Shown here piece by piece: positions 50,061-62,685 of a stretch of DNA of 64,000 nucleotides. A program made the translations under genes and the position numbers. Below the pieces are notes generated by a model. The model ran no database searches. It was not told where the DNA came from and saw only the letters and a list, made by a program, of their open reading frames with translations. This DNA comes from Vitrella brassicaformis CCMP3155. Lineage: Eukaryota > Protista > Chromerida. The DNA is taken from assembly GCA_001179505.1 (NCBI GenBank), contig CDMY01000138.1, positions 120,244 to 184,243 of the forward strand, written 5' to 3'. Within the stretch, counting starts at the first letter, position 1. Each line of letters begins with the position of its first letter.

Positions 50061-51981
50061 ATGAATGGTTCATCGGTATCGAGCAGTGGTGAGCCGTCCA
50101 AGATCCAACCTGAGGAGGACGGCAGCGCAGCCAATGGAGTGGAAATCGAGAAAAGTGCGGTCGGACTGCCCCCTTCAGTCACGACCGGAGAGCGGCTGCT
50201 CGGAGTCAGCCACACACACACACACGCGTACAGACACACAGGCACACCCGCAGATCAAACCAATCAACGATGCTCTCTCTCTATGTCTGTCTGCGTGTGT
50301 GGAATCTCTAGGAGGACGCACTCAAGTGGATGTTCGTTTTGCTGCGGGCGAGTTTGCTCGTGCCGTATGGTCGGGCGGAGAGGGTCGCTTCGGGCTTCGC
50401 CTGCCTCGTCTGCTGGTACTTGGCGATCATCGATGCCCTTTTTCTGGAGGACACTGAGGACTTTTTCACCGACACCAAGGGCCGTGGCATCCTGTTGAGT
50501 GCCACAACACTTTGGTTTCTTATGTGCGGCGGCATTCGGCTGTGGATGCTGGTCTCAGTGTCGAGGGAGCGGCTGGCCATGGTGTTCGCCTGTCTGGTCA
50601 AGGGCAGCTATTGGACACTGGCCCTGGGGGACCAGAGCAAAGATGTGGCCGAATCGTTTTCCCGGCGGGTCAAGGTGTGGTCGGTGGTGTGCTTCGCCGC
50701 CGCCCTGACTTCGTGGCTGTTGCTGGTGTTTGGCTACATTATTGGCGCACAGACACGTCGGGTCTTCAACTTTCCGTGGGCCGACTGGTTCATCGAGGAA
50801 GAAAGCCCAGGTACGGACGATCACATCCTCAACGGACGACAATCTGATCAATCTGCCCGCGGCCTCGTTCCGTCACGTTGCTTTGCAGGCATTCACTGGT
50901 TCGGGCTCGTGACGGCGATTCTGAGCATCTTTCCGTGCTTTGTGTGGATTGTGCCGCTGCTGCCCTACTCACTGGCCATCAACCTGCTCCACGAGCGATT
51001 TAGGGCGTTTTGCCAATCACTCGACGACTCCATCCGGCCGTTGGAGCGGCAGAAGACGCGGCCAGGGGAGCCGAGCAGCTATGCCGAGGCCGCCGCGGGC
51101 AAGAAGCCCTCGGTGAGGCAGCTCACGCTGGCGCACCGCCAGCTGTGTCAGGGAGTCATGATGGTGGACCGCACCTTTCGCGCTTTCGTCGCCATATCGT
51201 TCACAATCAACACGGCTTTGTCGATCCTGGTCGTCTACAGGATTGTCTTCTTTGGTGGGTGGAATATATTTGGCAAGGACAAGGCAGGCATACAAACAGA
51301 CAGACAGGCGTCGCCACTCATGAGTTGTGGCATGTGTGTGTGTGAAAGGCTACACCGCGTCGAGTGCTGAGGCGGGGGCGTTTGTCTTCTGGTGTGTCGG
51401 TCTCGCCATCCAGGTAGGTCGGTCGGTCGGTCGGCACGCAAGCGCATGTCTGTATTATGTATGCCAGTCACTGTGTGGTGTGAATGACAGTTCTTCGTGT
51501 GTTACAAGTCGGCCAAGTTGTTTTCCTGGTAGGCCGATTGACGGATTGGCTGACTGAATATGCTTGTCTACGGCCTCCATCCCCACACAGGCACGAGCAC
51601 CTGCGGCTCCGCTGCCACCAGGTGCAGGTCGGCCTGCCCTACCACGCATCAAGCACACCCACGTCGCTCGCCTCACAAATGACGAGATGCCACTCCGTCG
51701 CCGACGATCTGACATCCGCGGGGGGGCCAGGAGGCGACAGTAGCACCAGCAGCAGGCGGGCAGTGACGCAGGAGGCCCTCTATGCGCGGCAGGAGCGGCT
51801 TGAGCTGGAGTTGGAGCATCTGCGGTTTTCGCACCAGGTGGAGAGCTTCACCCCTGGCATCACCGTGGGTGGGGCCGTGACGATGAACTGGCGGGTGCTG
51901 GGCGTGGCGGCGTCGGTGACCGCCTCGGTGTTTGTCTTCCTTTATGAGACGCGGAAGAACAACAGAGGAGAAGGGGAGTGA
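50061..51981 (+). CDS. Gustatory-receptor-like (GRL)/DUF3537-like 7-transmembrane ion-channel superfamily candidate
   Basis: Spliced product has about 7 hydrophobic helices. TM4 ends YSLAINLLHERFRAFCQSL, followed by LTLAHRQLCQGVMMVDRTFRAFVAISFTINTALSILVVY (TM5) and AFVFWCVGLAIQ|FFVCYKSAKLFSW (TM6, joined via a small exon). A long loop precedes FSHQVESFTPGITVGGAVTMNWRVLGVAASVTASVFVFLYE (split TM7 with GITV). Confidence 0.78.
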
Positions 51982-53652
51982 GTGAGTGCGTGACGCTTTT
52001 CTACCTGCGTGCCTTGCTCGTCCACTGGCCGCGCCTGTGTGCTTTGCCTGCCTGCCTGCCTGCCTGCCTGCCTACCAGCTTTGCCCGCACAGGGGAGGTG
52101 GACGAATGTACTGTAGGCGTAGCTGTGGGTGTTCCTGTTCGCTCGCTGTGTGGGTGTGGGTGTGGGCAGAGCGGTGCGTTTATCGTGTCTTGGTGCGATC
52201 GCGGTGGCGGTGTCCTGAAGTGGCGTTTATCCCGTGTATTTGCGGGGTGGAGTGGAGTGGAGTGAGTGTATGACAATGCGATGATCAGACACAAGTGGTG
52301 AGCAAGTGTGGTGGATGAGACCACGACCCTTCATCAAGTGCCAGACAAGCGTCAGACAGACAGACGTGCATCCTGTCCTGCATCCATCCGTGCATTCCTC
52401 CTCGAGTCACCCACCCATCATGCCATCCACCCGCTCTACACGTCCCTGAGACTGACCGCTCGACGTTGCGTGCGCATGGAGCTTATTGCGCATGGGCTTA
52501 TGCAACACACCGACAAAAAGTGCCGAAGAACTAGTTACCGAGAAGAACTAGTTACCGAGAAAGCACCTTACGCTCATTTCTCTGTCACTTGGCAGATTTG
52601 AGCCAAGAGACAGTTCATCCATCCATCCACCAATCCACGACCGACGCACATCTGGACGCTTTGCCACGATGCTCGCCCCCTTTTACTGTAGAGAACTCTG
52701 CCCTTGGGGTCACTTCTCTGGAGTAGTTGCCGAGACAGCGTGCCACAACCTGATAGACACACAGACAAAGCCCACAGTCACAGTCCGTTTCTTTCTGCTT
52801 GTGTGCCGTGGGAGAGCCTTTCTCGTCTGTCGATCTCTCTCCTCACAGCCCTCGGTATGTGCTCGTAGCTACTCGCCCGCGGACCCCTACACTCCATCAA
52901 ACATCCGCTGCTTTCTACGCTCTCTCTCTCCCCTGCCCTACTTGTGGCTTTGTGTGGTGTGCACCCACCCCGTTGAGGAGATAACGTTTTTTGACGGAAG
53001 TCGTGTACTATACGCGTATGTTGTGGGGAAGTTAGTGAAGTGTCTGCTCACCGAGAATGACGGCTTGTGGTCGGCACCGGGTACCCCGTCGCCGGCCCTG
53101 CCCATGCGAAACACATGTACATACGATCTTGATGTGAACACCTGCATGCGCACACAGCGACCGAGTGATGCAGTGGGCCCATGAGCGTTGCGCTTTTCCC
53201 GGCTGGCAGTGCTGCAGCATGGCCCATGTTGCTCGGCCGAAGCTGCAAGAAGCAAGAGAGAAACACACACACAGAGATGGAAGTGCCGTGGCGGGTGGAT
53301 CTCTGTTCTGCTCGGCTACAGCGACGACGTGTCGTCACGTCACACGGTTACATGTACTGCAAATGCAGACAGTCAGACACGTAGTCAGACACACACGCGC
53401 TGTGCCCGTACTGCCTAACTGTCTGCATGCATCTTCAATCGCTCACCGATACAGGTGTCCTCCGCACTCCACCTCTCCAGCTGACGCATTCCTTGACCTC
53501 CACGGACCGTCCAATCCATCGCCGTAGCCACGCGCTCGGACAGCTGCCACGGTCACGGGTACTGGTACTGCTGGATCTCACTAGTACTGCTCGAGATCGA
53601 TGAACCGTTCACTGATGCCATCAGTTCAAGTTTCCAGTGGAAGTGCTAGTAA

Positions 53653-53676
53653 GGTCTAGGGTTTCGGTTTGGGTTT
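53653..53676. promoter_or_regulatory. Telo-box-like motif upstream of RPL13A
   Basis: TAGGGTTT (reverse complement AAACCCTA) at 53657-53664, followed by cGGTTTGGGTTT, about 75 nt before the ATG at 53738. Confidence 0.55.
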
Positions 53677-53737
53677 GGGGAAGACGGGTTTCTTGCCCTA
53701 AGCGATCCAAGCTCGCACACTTGGGAGAACCGTCGCA

Positions 53738-54951
53738 ATGTTCAAGGAGGTAAGGAAGCCAAGATCTGGACAGGCCACAGCGCCCTCAGCTCAAACAGAC
53801 CACAAACCGCCCACACACACACTTGCGTCTGTGCCTCTCTGCCCTGCCTGCCTGTGCGGCGGGTGTTGCGCGTGTTGTGTGTGCTGGTGATCAGCGCGTG
53901 GTGGTTGACTGCCGCGGGCACATGCTCGGGCGGTTGGCGTCGGTGGTGGCCAAGGAACTCCTCAACGGACAACACGTGGTGAGTCGCCACGCTTGAACCA
54001 CCAAGCAACGGAGCGCAAGCACGAAGGCCGGGAGAGGGTCTGGCTGACGAGTGTGTATGGTGTCGGTATCAGGTGGCCGTGCGGTGCGAGGACATCAACA
54101 TCTCAGGATCTCTCTACCGCAACCAACGTAGGCACCGCACCGCGCACATCCCCGTCGGAGAAAACGGCAGGGCGACAATCCGTCTGTCCATCCCTGTCTG
54201 TCTGTCTATCTGGGTGTCTGTGTGCGTCTGTGTGGCTGTCTGTCTGTCAGTGAAGTACCACGAGTTTCTGCGGAAGACGATGAACTCCAACCCCTGTCGC
54301 GGCCACAAGCACTTCCGCGGTCCCGCCAAGATCTTCTGGCGCACCGTCAGGGGCATGCTCCCGCACAAGACGGCACGCGGACAGGCAGCCCTGGACAGAC
54401 TCAAGGTCTTCGAAGGTCAGTCACCCAAGCAGCAACCAACCAGTCACACCAAACCAGCCAGTTCAGGGGAGGGAGCATTTGAGAGATGGCTTTGTGATTG
54501 TGTGTTGACTGAACATGTTGTGTGGTAGGCATGCCGACTCCGTACGACAAGCAGAAGAAGATGGTGGTTCCAGCGGCGCTCAAGGTGCTGCGGCTCAAGA
54601 ACGGACGCAAACACTGCAGACTCGGAGACCTCTCTGGAAAGGTACGTGATTGAACAAGGCGGCGACGGACTGCGGAAGAGGCAGGGAGGGAGGGAGGGCT
54701 CACCCACGGAGAAGCAGCAGTCAGTCCGTCCTTTGAGTGTTGTCCGTCGTGTCCCTCCCTACACACAGGTTGGCTGGAACTACGACGAGTTGGTGCAGAA
54801 GCTGGAGGCGAGGCGGAAGACCCGCGCGGGGGCCTTCTTCGAGAAGAGGAAGGCCCTCACCACACTCAGACACAAGGCCGAGGCCGCCGACGTGCCCCCA
54901 GCGCTCGACCAGGCCGAGCGAGATCTGCTCGAGTCGACCGGATTCCTTTAA
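53738..54951 (+). CDS. RPL13A: 60S ribosomal protein uL13 (L13a), multi-exon
   Basis: MFKE|[28 protein letters not shown]|[18 protein letters not shown]|..[55 protein letters not shown]|[37 protein letters not shown]|VGWNY...ESTGFL*. Confidence 0.97.
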
Positions 54952-55391
54952 ACAAACACGCTGGCGCTGCCTTGCGGAGTGCGAGGGCTGTGTGTGCGCG
55001 TGGTTTGTGTGGGTGGTGGTGGTGGTGGTGGTTGATGGTTTGGCCACCCATCATCCATCGGTGGGCAGACGGACGGATGGGTGGATGGGCGTGTGACGAA
55101 CAACACTCTGGTTGTGGTGTGCGTGGGTGAGTTACGTTAATGTTGTTTGGTCGGTCTTGACGCACATCACACACATCGACGGGTACGCGTGGATGGCATC
55201 CCATGGCATGAATGGTTCGGTTAAACGCCTTGGATCCTGCGCGGGCAGACAGGCATGCATCAGGCAGTCACACCAACACCACACACCAACCACACCGTAC
55301 ACCGTCACAGGTAGACACGCTCGTGCGTGGATGCAGGTGTGTCCAGTCCTCAGAGCTGGCTCAGCTAACCCACCCCCACGGCCTCCCTCGC

Positions 55392-58300
55392 TCACGCGTC
55401 CTTGCCCCCGGAGGCGGCCCCCTCACCGGACAAACTCTGAAGCCAATCACCCCAACCACCGCATATGCCCACGCACTTACCGTGAGACAAAGCATGTGGT
55501 TCGTTGAGGCTGTATTCATGTGATTTAGTGACCTGCGGGTTGGATGTGCGTCCGGCGGTTTGCTGTGTGGCAGCGGCGCCTGTGGGTGTGGGGGGCATCT
55601 TGCCTGAAGAACTACCGCTACCGCCCTGCTGACCTGCACACAACGGACGGAGGACATTACAGCAAAGCAAAGCCAGACCACACCCACGCACAGAGAGACA
55701 GACTGACAGACTGACTGACAATGCACATGTATCTGATTATCATGTCCCTCTCTCGTGCGTCATCACTGGGTCAGACAGACCTCTGTCGAGCAGCGTCTTG
55801 AAAAAGTTGGCCAGCTGCGCGTTGTCCTGCTGCTGCTGCACAACGCAACACAGCACAGCGTATAGATGACAGCGTGAGAGCGTCCGTCCATCCATCCAGC
55901 GAGCCATACCCCAGGTGCAGGTGCCCCGTTGCCGCCCGACATCGGCGTCACGCGACGGTCACCGCCACCTCCCGCCCCACCCACAGCGTCCGCCCTCGTC
56001 GTCGTGCGATCCTAATAAACACACACACAGAGAGACAGGGACAGACAGGCATTGCTTGTTGCATTGCGCGTCTGTCTCAGCGGAGCCAGCGAGTGATCGC
56101 TGGCTGGGCTTCCTGCAGCACGTGTGTACCCTGGTTTTGCTTTCGTGTTTGATGTTGAGTGACTTGCCGCCGGGGCCCGATGCGTGCAAGGCGTGCTGCA
56201 ATGAATGCAGTGAGTGCATCCCACCCACACAAACACGCCACGCCGTCCTCTGACTCACGCACCACCGACAGAAATCAACTGCATACCTGCGCTTTTGCCA
56301 GGAATGCGGCCATGGATTCGATCTCGACATAGGGCTCCGAGTCACGGGCCTGCAGGCGCAACATAGACGCACACGGAGTCACTCACTCACGGGCTGACAG
56401 GCGCCCAATTTTGCGGCGGGCTGTGCGTTGGTTGTTGGCGACTTTGAGCTTGGATGTGGGTTTCTGGATGATGGTCTCAAAGGGCCTCTGGTGGATGGGT
56501 CGACACCAACCACAAACAGGGAGAGACATGTAGTGATGCATATATACGTGTCATGTGTCATGATGTGTGTACTCAGATGTCTGTACGCACCTCCAGCCCC
56601 TGCGCTACGGTCTTGGCGGCAAACTCCCTGCACACACGCACACACACACAGACAGACAGACAGACACACAGACACAGACAGAGGGAAACGGACAGTGATC
56701 TGCGTGTGTTGGGGCGGCGCCGTGTGTTGGTGGTTTGCCAGCTGACGTACGTGATGTGTTTCTTGCTGTCGAATCCTGTGGGTATCATCAACGCATCCTT
56801 GGACACCGTGTCAGCGTGGTGCCTACACCCACAGACGGACAGACAGAAAGACAGACAGACAGACAGATGCATATATATATAGAGAGAGGGTTTCATTGAT
56901 GCGTGGCTGGTTGGCTGGCAGGTTTACTTGAATGGGAAGTCGTATAGTCTGTGCGTGAGGTAGCGGTACAACTCGTCTACGTTCTTGGCACTGACCAAAC
57001 AATGCTCCATCCATCCACCCACCCATTGTCTCTCTCTCTCTCTCTCTCTCTCTTTGTGCGACCCGTACTTGCGTGGGTCTTTGGTGGAGGTGTAGAACAG
57101 CGCCGCACCATCTGCCAAACCAAGAAAGGCAACACAACACAACACAACACAACACAGCACACCAAGCACAGAGACGTCAGGCTCTTCGCACACGTGGGTG
57201 GTGCGGTTGTGTGTGTGTTGTGTTTGAGAGACGCTTGGCTTACAGGGCAGCGCCGCGTCGCGCACATGGGCCTGGATGATGTCCAAATGACCCTGCACAC
57301 ATCACATCGATGCATCACACGACACATCGGCAAAATCCACAATCGGACGTACGTGTCACACGTGCACGTCTGTGTGTGTGTGTGTGTGTGTGGCTGTGCG
57401 AACCTGTGTGGCGCGGTCCTCGAGGGCCGTGTAGTTCTCAGACTATAGGTATTATGTGTGTGACAATACACAGCCATCCATCCATCCATCCATTTGTGTG
57501 CCTTCGGGAACTGGCTTGTTCTTGGTCGAGGGCGGGTACCTGGCAGACGACGACTATGACGGGTATCCCGATGTTGAACGTCAGCATGCCCTCACCCAAC
57601 AACGACTCGCCCTGCACATTAACACACACACACACACGCGTATCTGAACCGGACGACCAACCGGGCAAATTCAGCAGCAGGTGTGCTCACTTCCTTGAGC
57701 GAAACCTCGTCCACGTTGATCGTCCGCCTGCAGACGGGGAGGGGAGATGGGAAATAGCGGGCGGATGTCTGTCGTGGGTGGTGGGCGGTTTACTTTCGCG
57801 TGAATCCCATTTGATCGTGCTGCTCGTCCTTGTGGCCCTTGAGGTGCTCCTGGTACGACTGAATGTACGCTGCCACTGCAATTAACCCACATACGAAAGT
57901 AAATATGTATATTAGCCCCACCCACCCAGACCGGTGTGTGTACGTGCGTGTGTTTGTACGTTTCTGTCTGAGTTCGTCTTGTTCCTTGAGCGGGAGCTGG
58001 TTGAGTATGTGGGCGACGTCCCCCTGCACCACCTCACTCCACGCCCGCATGTCCTCCACCATCGTCCACGGCTGCACACACAGACAGACAGACAGACAGA
58101 CAAAGTGGTCGCCACATCTGTGCTGTGCTCCCAGCCGTACCTCCTTCATGTCTAGGCATATGAGGACGGCCATGGCCTTGAGGTCCTCGGGCGTCACGCG
58201 GCTCTGAATCATCGACCTACACACACAAACAAACAGTTCAACCGTGCAGCCAAGGCAGACGTACCACTCCTCTCTCTGTCCGTATGCATGCGTCAGTCGG

Positions 58301-59026
58301 TCCCACCCCACCCACCTGAAGTGGCTGTCCTCCAGGATCCACACGTTGGCGCGGGCCAACACATCTGATGCACAGGTGCACACACATACAAACACAAAAC
58401 GCACATTCGTCCACAAACACACACGTGTCCATCCATCCATCCATCCATCCATCCATCCGTTCGTTCGTTCGTTCGTTCGTTTTGTGCACCGCTGACCGAC
58501 CGGTGAACTCGGGGTCCTCGAGGTTGCGCACATTGAGGTAGGCGAAATCCAACGCACACACGCCGGGGTCAACCTGCAGCCATAGACCCAAACACACGAA
58601 CGGATGGAGAATGGTGCATACGTCAACACACTGTGCCGCCGATGGATCTTCTCTTCACCCACCCACCCACCACCCACCAGGTTATCTCCCGAGGAAGGGT
58701 CGTCGGGGTTGCCGATCTTCTGCAGGGCCCGCAGCAGACTACGCTTGCCCACTCCATGGCGACCTGCACGGATGGATGGATGGATCCATTTGTTTGTCGT
58801 GGTGGCCACCCAACACACATCCAATCCATCCAAGAACAGAATCCATCCATCCATCCACCCATATATATCTTTCCTTCCGTTTTTCCCGCCGGTGCGTACG
58901 GTACATGTACCTACCGAGCATGAGTATGGTGGAGTTCTTCTCCTGCGAGGACCTGGAGCCGTCCGCGAGGATGCTCTGCCACAGGGACTGTTTCTTGCCC
59001 AACGAATCCCGCCGATGCGTCGCCAT
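55392..59026 (-). CDS. DYNC1LI: Cytoplasmic dynein light intermediate chain, many exons
   Basis: MATHRRDSLGKKQSLWQSILADG...STILMLG|RHGVGKRSLL (degenerate P-loop), then CALDFAYLNVR, RANVWILED, AVLICLDMKE|PWTM, NIGIPVIVVVC, YGAALFYTS, YRYLTHRLYDFPF, DALMIPTGFDSKKHI and the C-terminal LANFFKTLL helix. The last exon is approximate. Confidence 0.9.
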
Positions 59027-59087
59027 CGCTCACACAAACCACCGATGGATGGCAGATACACACACCGACAACGATGAGCGATAGGTG

Positions 59088-61560
59088 ATGGGCACCGAAA
59101 ATGCTCAACAACTCGCTCTACAAGGCGAGATCCATCACGGCCAGAATGAACCAACTATTGCGAGCTATTGCGAGCTGTTTTATCCCACGCTGCGTGGAAG
59201 AAGTTGCAGTCTGTCCACGGACGCATCTTCTATGGAGGTGCGCTACCAGGCCTCATCCAGACAGCACTCGCGACCAAAACAGTCTTCCTCCTTCTCATCT
59301 ACCATCCTTCCCCATGCCTGTGCTCTGTATGCTTTGTCTGTCAGGTGCGTGCCTCCCCCTCTCCCGCTGCCGCCGCCACTGCCGCTGCTTCTGTTGCGTC
59401 ATCGGTTTCTGCCGCAAATGCCGCGGCGGCTGCATCTGCCTCTGCATCGAGGTCAGCCGCTGCTGGGTCGGCTGTCCACTTGTCCCTTGAGGAGAGGGTC
59501 AACTGGGAGGAGTGGAAGGGCGAGGACCCCTTCTGGCTGCACGCACTCTGCGGCAGCATCGCGGGCTGCACCGAGCACATAGCCATGTTCCCCATCGACA
59601 CCCTCAAGACCAGGGTGCAGGCCTTGCAGGAGGGCAGCGGCATCACGCTCTCACAGGCATTCAGGAGCATACTCACCGAACGAGGATGGAAAGGACTCTT
59701 CAGGTCTGTCGAGGGATGGGGTGCCTGACCTGTCTGTCTGTTGTTTCCTAACGTTTCTGTCTGCCCGTGTCTGTCTGTGTCTGTGTTAGGGGTCTTGGTG
59801 CGGTGACGAGCGGATGCATCCCCGCCCATGCGTCGCTGTTTTGCGTGTACGAGGTGATGAAGGACCGGCTGGGCATCCACCACGAGGGCCATTTCCCCGT
59901 GCGGGCGATGCTGTGCGGCGCCACCGCCACCTTCAGCCACGACTTCATCATGACCCCCATGGACGTCGTCAAACAGCGAATGCAGCTCGGCTGCTACAGG
60001 TGTGTGTGTGTGTGTGTATGTGTGCACTGCACGTAATTTATTAATTGTACCCATCCATCCAACGCACCAGGTGGAATATGCGACGGGCGTCCGTCCTCTC
60101 TGGTGTTGCAGGTCGATGGTGGACTGTTTCGTGACGGTGGTGCGCAGCGAGGGCATCGCGAGTTTCTTCCGCTCGGTGCCCACGACGGTGCTGATGAACA
60201 TTCCTTATGGGGCCATGTTTGTGGCCGTCAACGAGTCGATGAAGGAGGCACTGGGGCTGTCCAGCTCGGCCGTTCCACACGCAGCCTCACACACACACGT
60301 GGCCGGGCACCACGTGCACCAGCACCACTTTGACAGCGACCACCATCACCACCATCACAGGCACCATGACCACCAGCGCCACCCTCAGCACAGACACGAC
60401 CACTCCGCAGCAGCATCAGCCTCTCCGCCCCCGCAGGCCCCCCCCGCCCCCTCTCCTGCGGACGCCACAAGCGCAGCGCAGACCGCCTATGCCCTGCCCC
60501 TCTACTTCCTTGCTGCTGGTACGTATACGCATTAGGCAGGCTTCCATGTCTTGGTTGCTGTGGGCGATGGATGCCAAGAAAGGCACGGCACGGCACGGCA
60601 CGGTGTGCGCACCTGTATACAGGTTTGAGCGGTGGGTTTGCGTCGGCGATAACGACCCCTTTGGACGTCATCAAGACCAGGCTGCAGACGCAAGACTGGC
60701 ANNNNNNNNNNNNNNNNNNNNNNNNNNNNNNNNNNNNNNNNNNNNNNNNNNNNNNNNNNNNNNNNNNNNNNNNNNNNNNNNNNNNNNNNNNNNNNNNNNN
60801 NNNNNNNNNNNNNNNNNNNNNNNNNNNNNNNNNNNNNNNNNNNNNNNNNNNNNNNNNNNNNNNNNNNNNNNNNNNNNNNNNNNNNNNNNNNNNNNNNNNN
60901 NNNNNNNNNNNNNNNNNNNNNNNNNNNNNNNNNNNNNNNNNNNNNNNNNNNNNNNNNNNNNNNNNNNNNNNNNNNNNNNNNNNNNNNNNNNNNNNNNNNN
61001 NAGACAGACAAGAGAGGCCTACGTCTCACCTTTTGTGTATGTTTGCGTTGTCTCCTTTGATTTGATCGATTCAGTCGTGTGAATGCAGTGCGACCGGCGA
61101 GCAGGCCATCAATGTGGCGGCAACGGATGCCGCCACCGTCACTCTGAAATACCAGGTGGGTCGGTGGGGGGGGGGCGAGGGCGACAAGGCCACAACATAA
61201 CACCACCGAATGAGTCGAGAAAGTGTCACAGCCACACTTGCGTGTCGGTCTCTATTGTGCCTCATCAGGACTTCCTGTCGACGAGCCGCACCATATGGGT
61301 TGAGGAGGGGCTCCACGGCTTCTGCAGGGTGACCACTCGCAGCGTGCCCAATGCATCAACATCTGACGTGACGTGGCACATCTCTCTCTGCCTGTCTGTC
61401 TGTCTGTCTGTCTGTGTGATGCATGTCATGTCAGGGCATGTTGCTGCGGTCCCTGCAGGGTGCGCCGTCGGCGGCCCTCTGCTGGGGCACATACGAAGCA
61501 CTCAAGTTCGTGCTCGGATCGCTCTTCCAGCGGGGACAGACAGACAACTTGATCACATGA
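59088..61560 (+). CDS. Mitochondrial carrier, mitoferrin (MRS3/MRS4-like) type; one part lies in the gap
   Basis: Three carrier signatures: FPIDTLKTRVQ, TPMDVVKQRMQ and TPLDVIKTRLQ. Mitoferrin-like residues: GSIAGCTEHIAMFP, GCIPAHASLFCVYE, ATFSHDFIMTP, MNIPYGAMFVAVNE, and ALCWGTYEALK. The start is either 59088 or 59232. Confidence 0.92.
60702..61001. other. Scaffold gap (300 N)
   Basis: Run of N within the carrier gene. Confidence 0.99.
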
Positions 61561-62685
61561 GGGCGGGCGGGCGGGCTGGGGGGGCAATACGTAGTGTGTG
61601 TCGTGTGTGGTGGTCAGCTGACGGCGCCACTCTTTTGAGCGAGTCAGCCGGTCAGTTTGTGGGTGGGTGAGCGCAGACAATGGATGGTCCGTCCGGACGG
61701 TACGGGCAGTCGTCAGTCAGTCAGCATCGCGTGTGAGCTTTCGGGATCGAGCTAAGCTCACTGCCAGGTGCGTGCCTTTCCATCCATCCAGCCAGCCAGC
61801 CATCCAGCCATCGATGTCTGCTGTACACGCGAGAGCCCCCTCGTGCATTCAGTGTGTGCATGGCCGCAGTCGAGTTTTTCACCTCCTGTGTGGCATGGCC
61901 GTTGGCTGCATGCGGCTCTCTCTCTCTCTTGGAATAGATAGACATTGACTGCTTGGATATGGTACCTCGACTGACCCGATCGATGAACGTGTTTTGGCCT
62001 TTTTGAAGGCTTGGAGCGATCAAGCCTTGCTGGCTGCATGTGGGCCGAGGGTGTCTGTCTGTCTGTCTGTGCCTGCACGAACGAGACATGACTCGCCTGC
62101 GTGAGTGTGCCGATCTGTAAAAACACAAATACCCTTCTTCGATGGTCTGTCCGCTCATCGAGACAGCGTGACACTAGGTTCAGCCACAAAGTGTCCGCTC
62201 ATCAATGGGCCGGTTGAAATGTCTTGGCCTGCGGCTTTGCAGCCCCCGTGGACGATGGAAACATATCCTGGTCTGTGCGTGCCATGACGGCGAGGCACTC
62301 ATTGGCTGATTGATAGGCTGATTGATTGATAGGTTGGATGTCAGGTGCACACATGGTGTGGGTGCTGTTTCTCAGGCTGACCAGACTGTGTGCCCACAAA
62401 TAGCCTCTTCTTATGCTGCTTATGCATATGTGTCGGGGGGGCTGCTGTGTCGGTACTCGGGGGAGACACAAATAATCGGCTGACCAACCATGAAATTACA
62501 CTGCGAGAGTGCACCCCGCACGTTGTCCGTCCATTTTCATTCTTCTTTCTGGATCAGATCACAGCATGTATGTCTCTGTCTGTGTCTGTCTGTGCCTCAA
62601 CTCAGGACTCCAGCGAAAAGGGATGTGCCTCCGTCCCTCTCTCCTTTCTCACGAATGACAGACATGCGGCCTTTCTCTGGTCTGT

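Noticed and set aside
52600-53525. Minus-strand segment divergent from RPL13A with several good-looking splice sites
   Set aside because: Every frame combination I tried hits a stop in the second exon and no motif emerges. It could be a non-coding or UTR transcript, but I cannot support a gene.
57790-59154. 454-aa minus-strand ORF
   Set aside because: Read-through of several DLIC exons and stop-free introns containing (GGAT)n repeats; not a separate gene.
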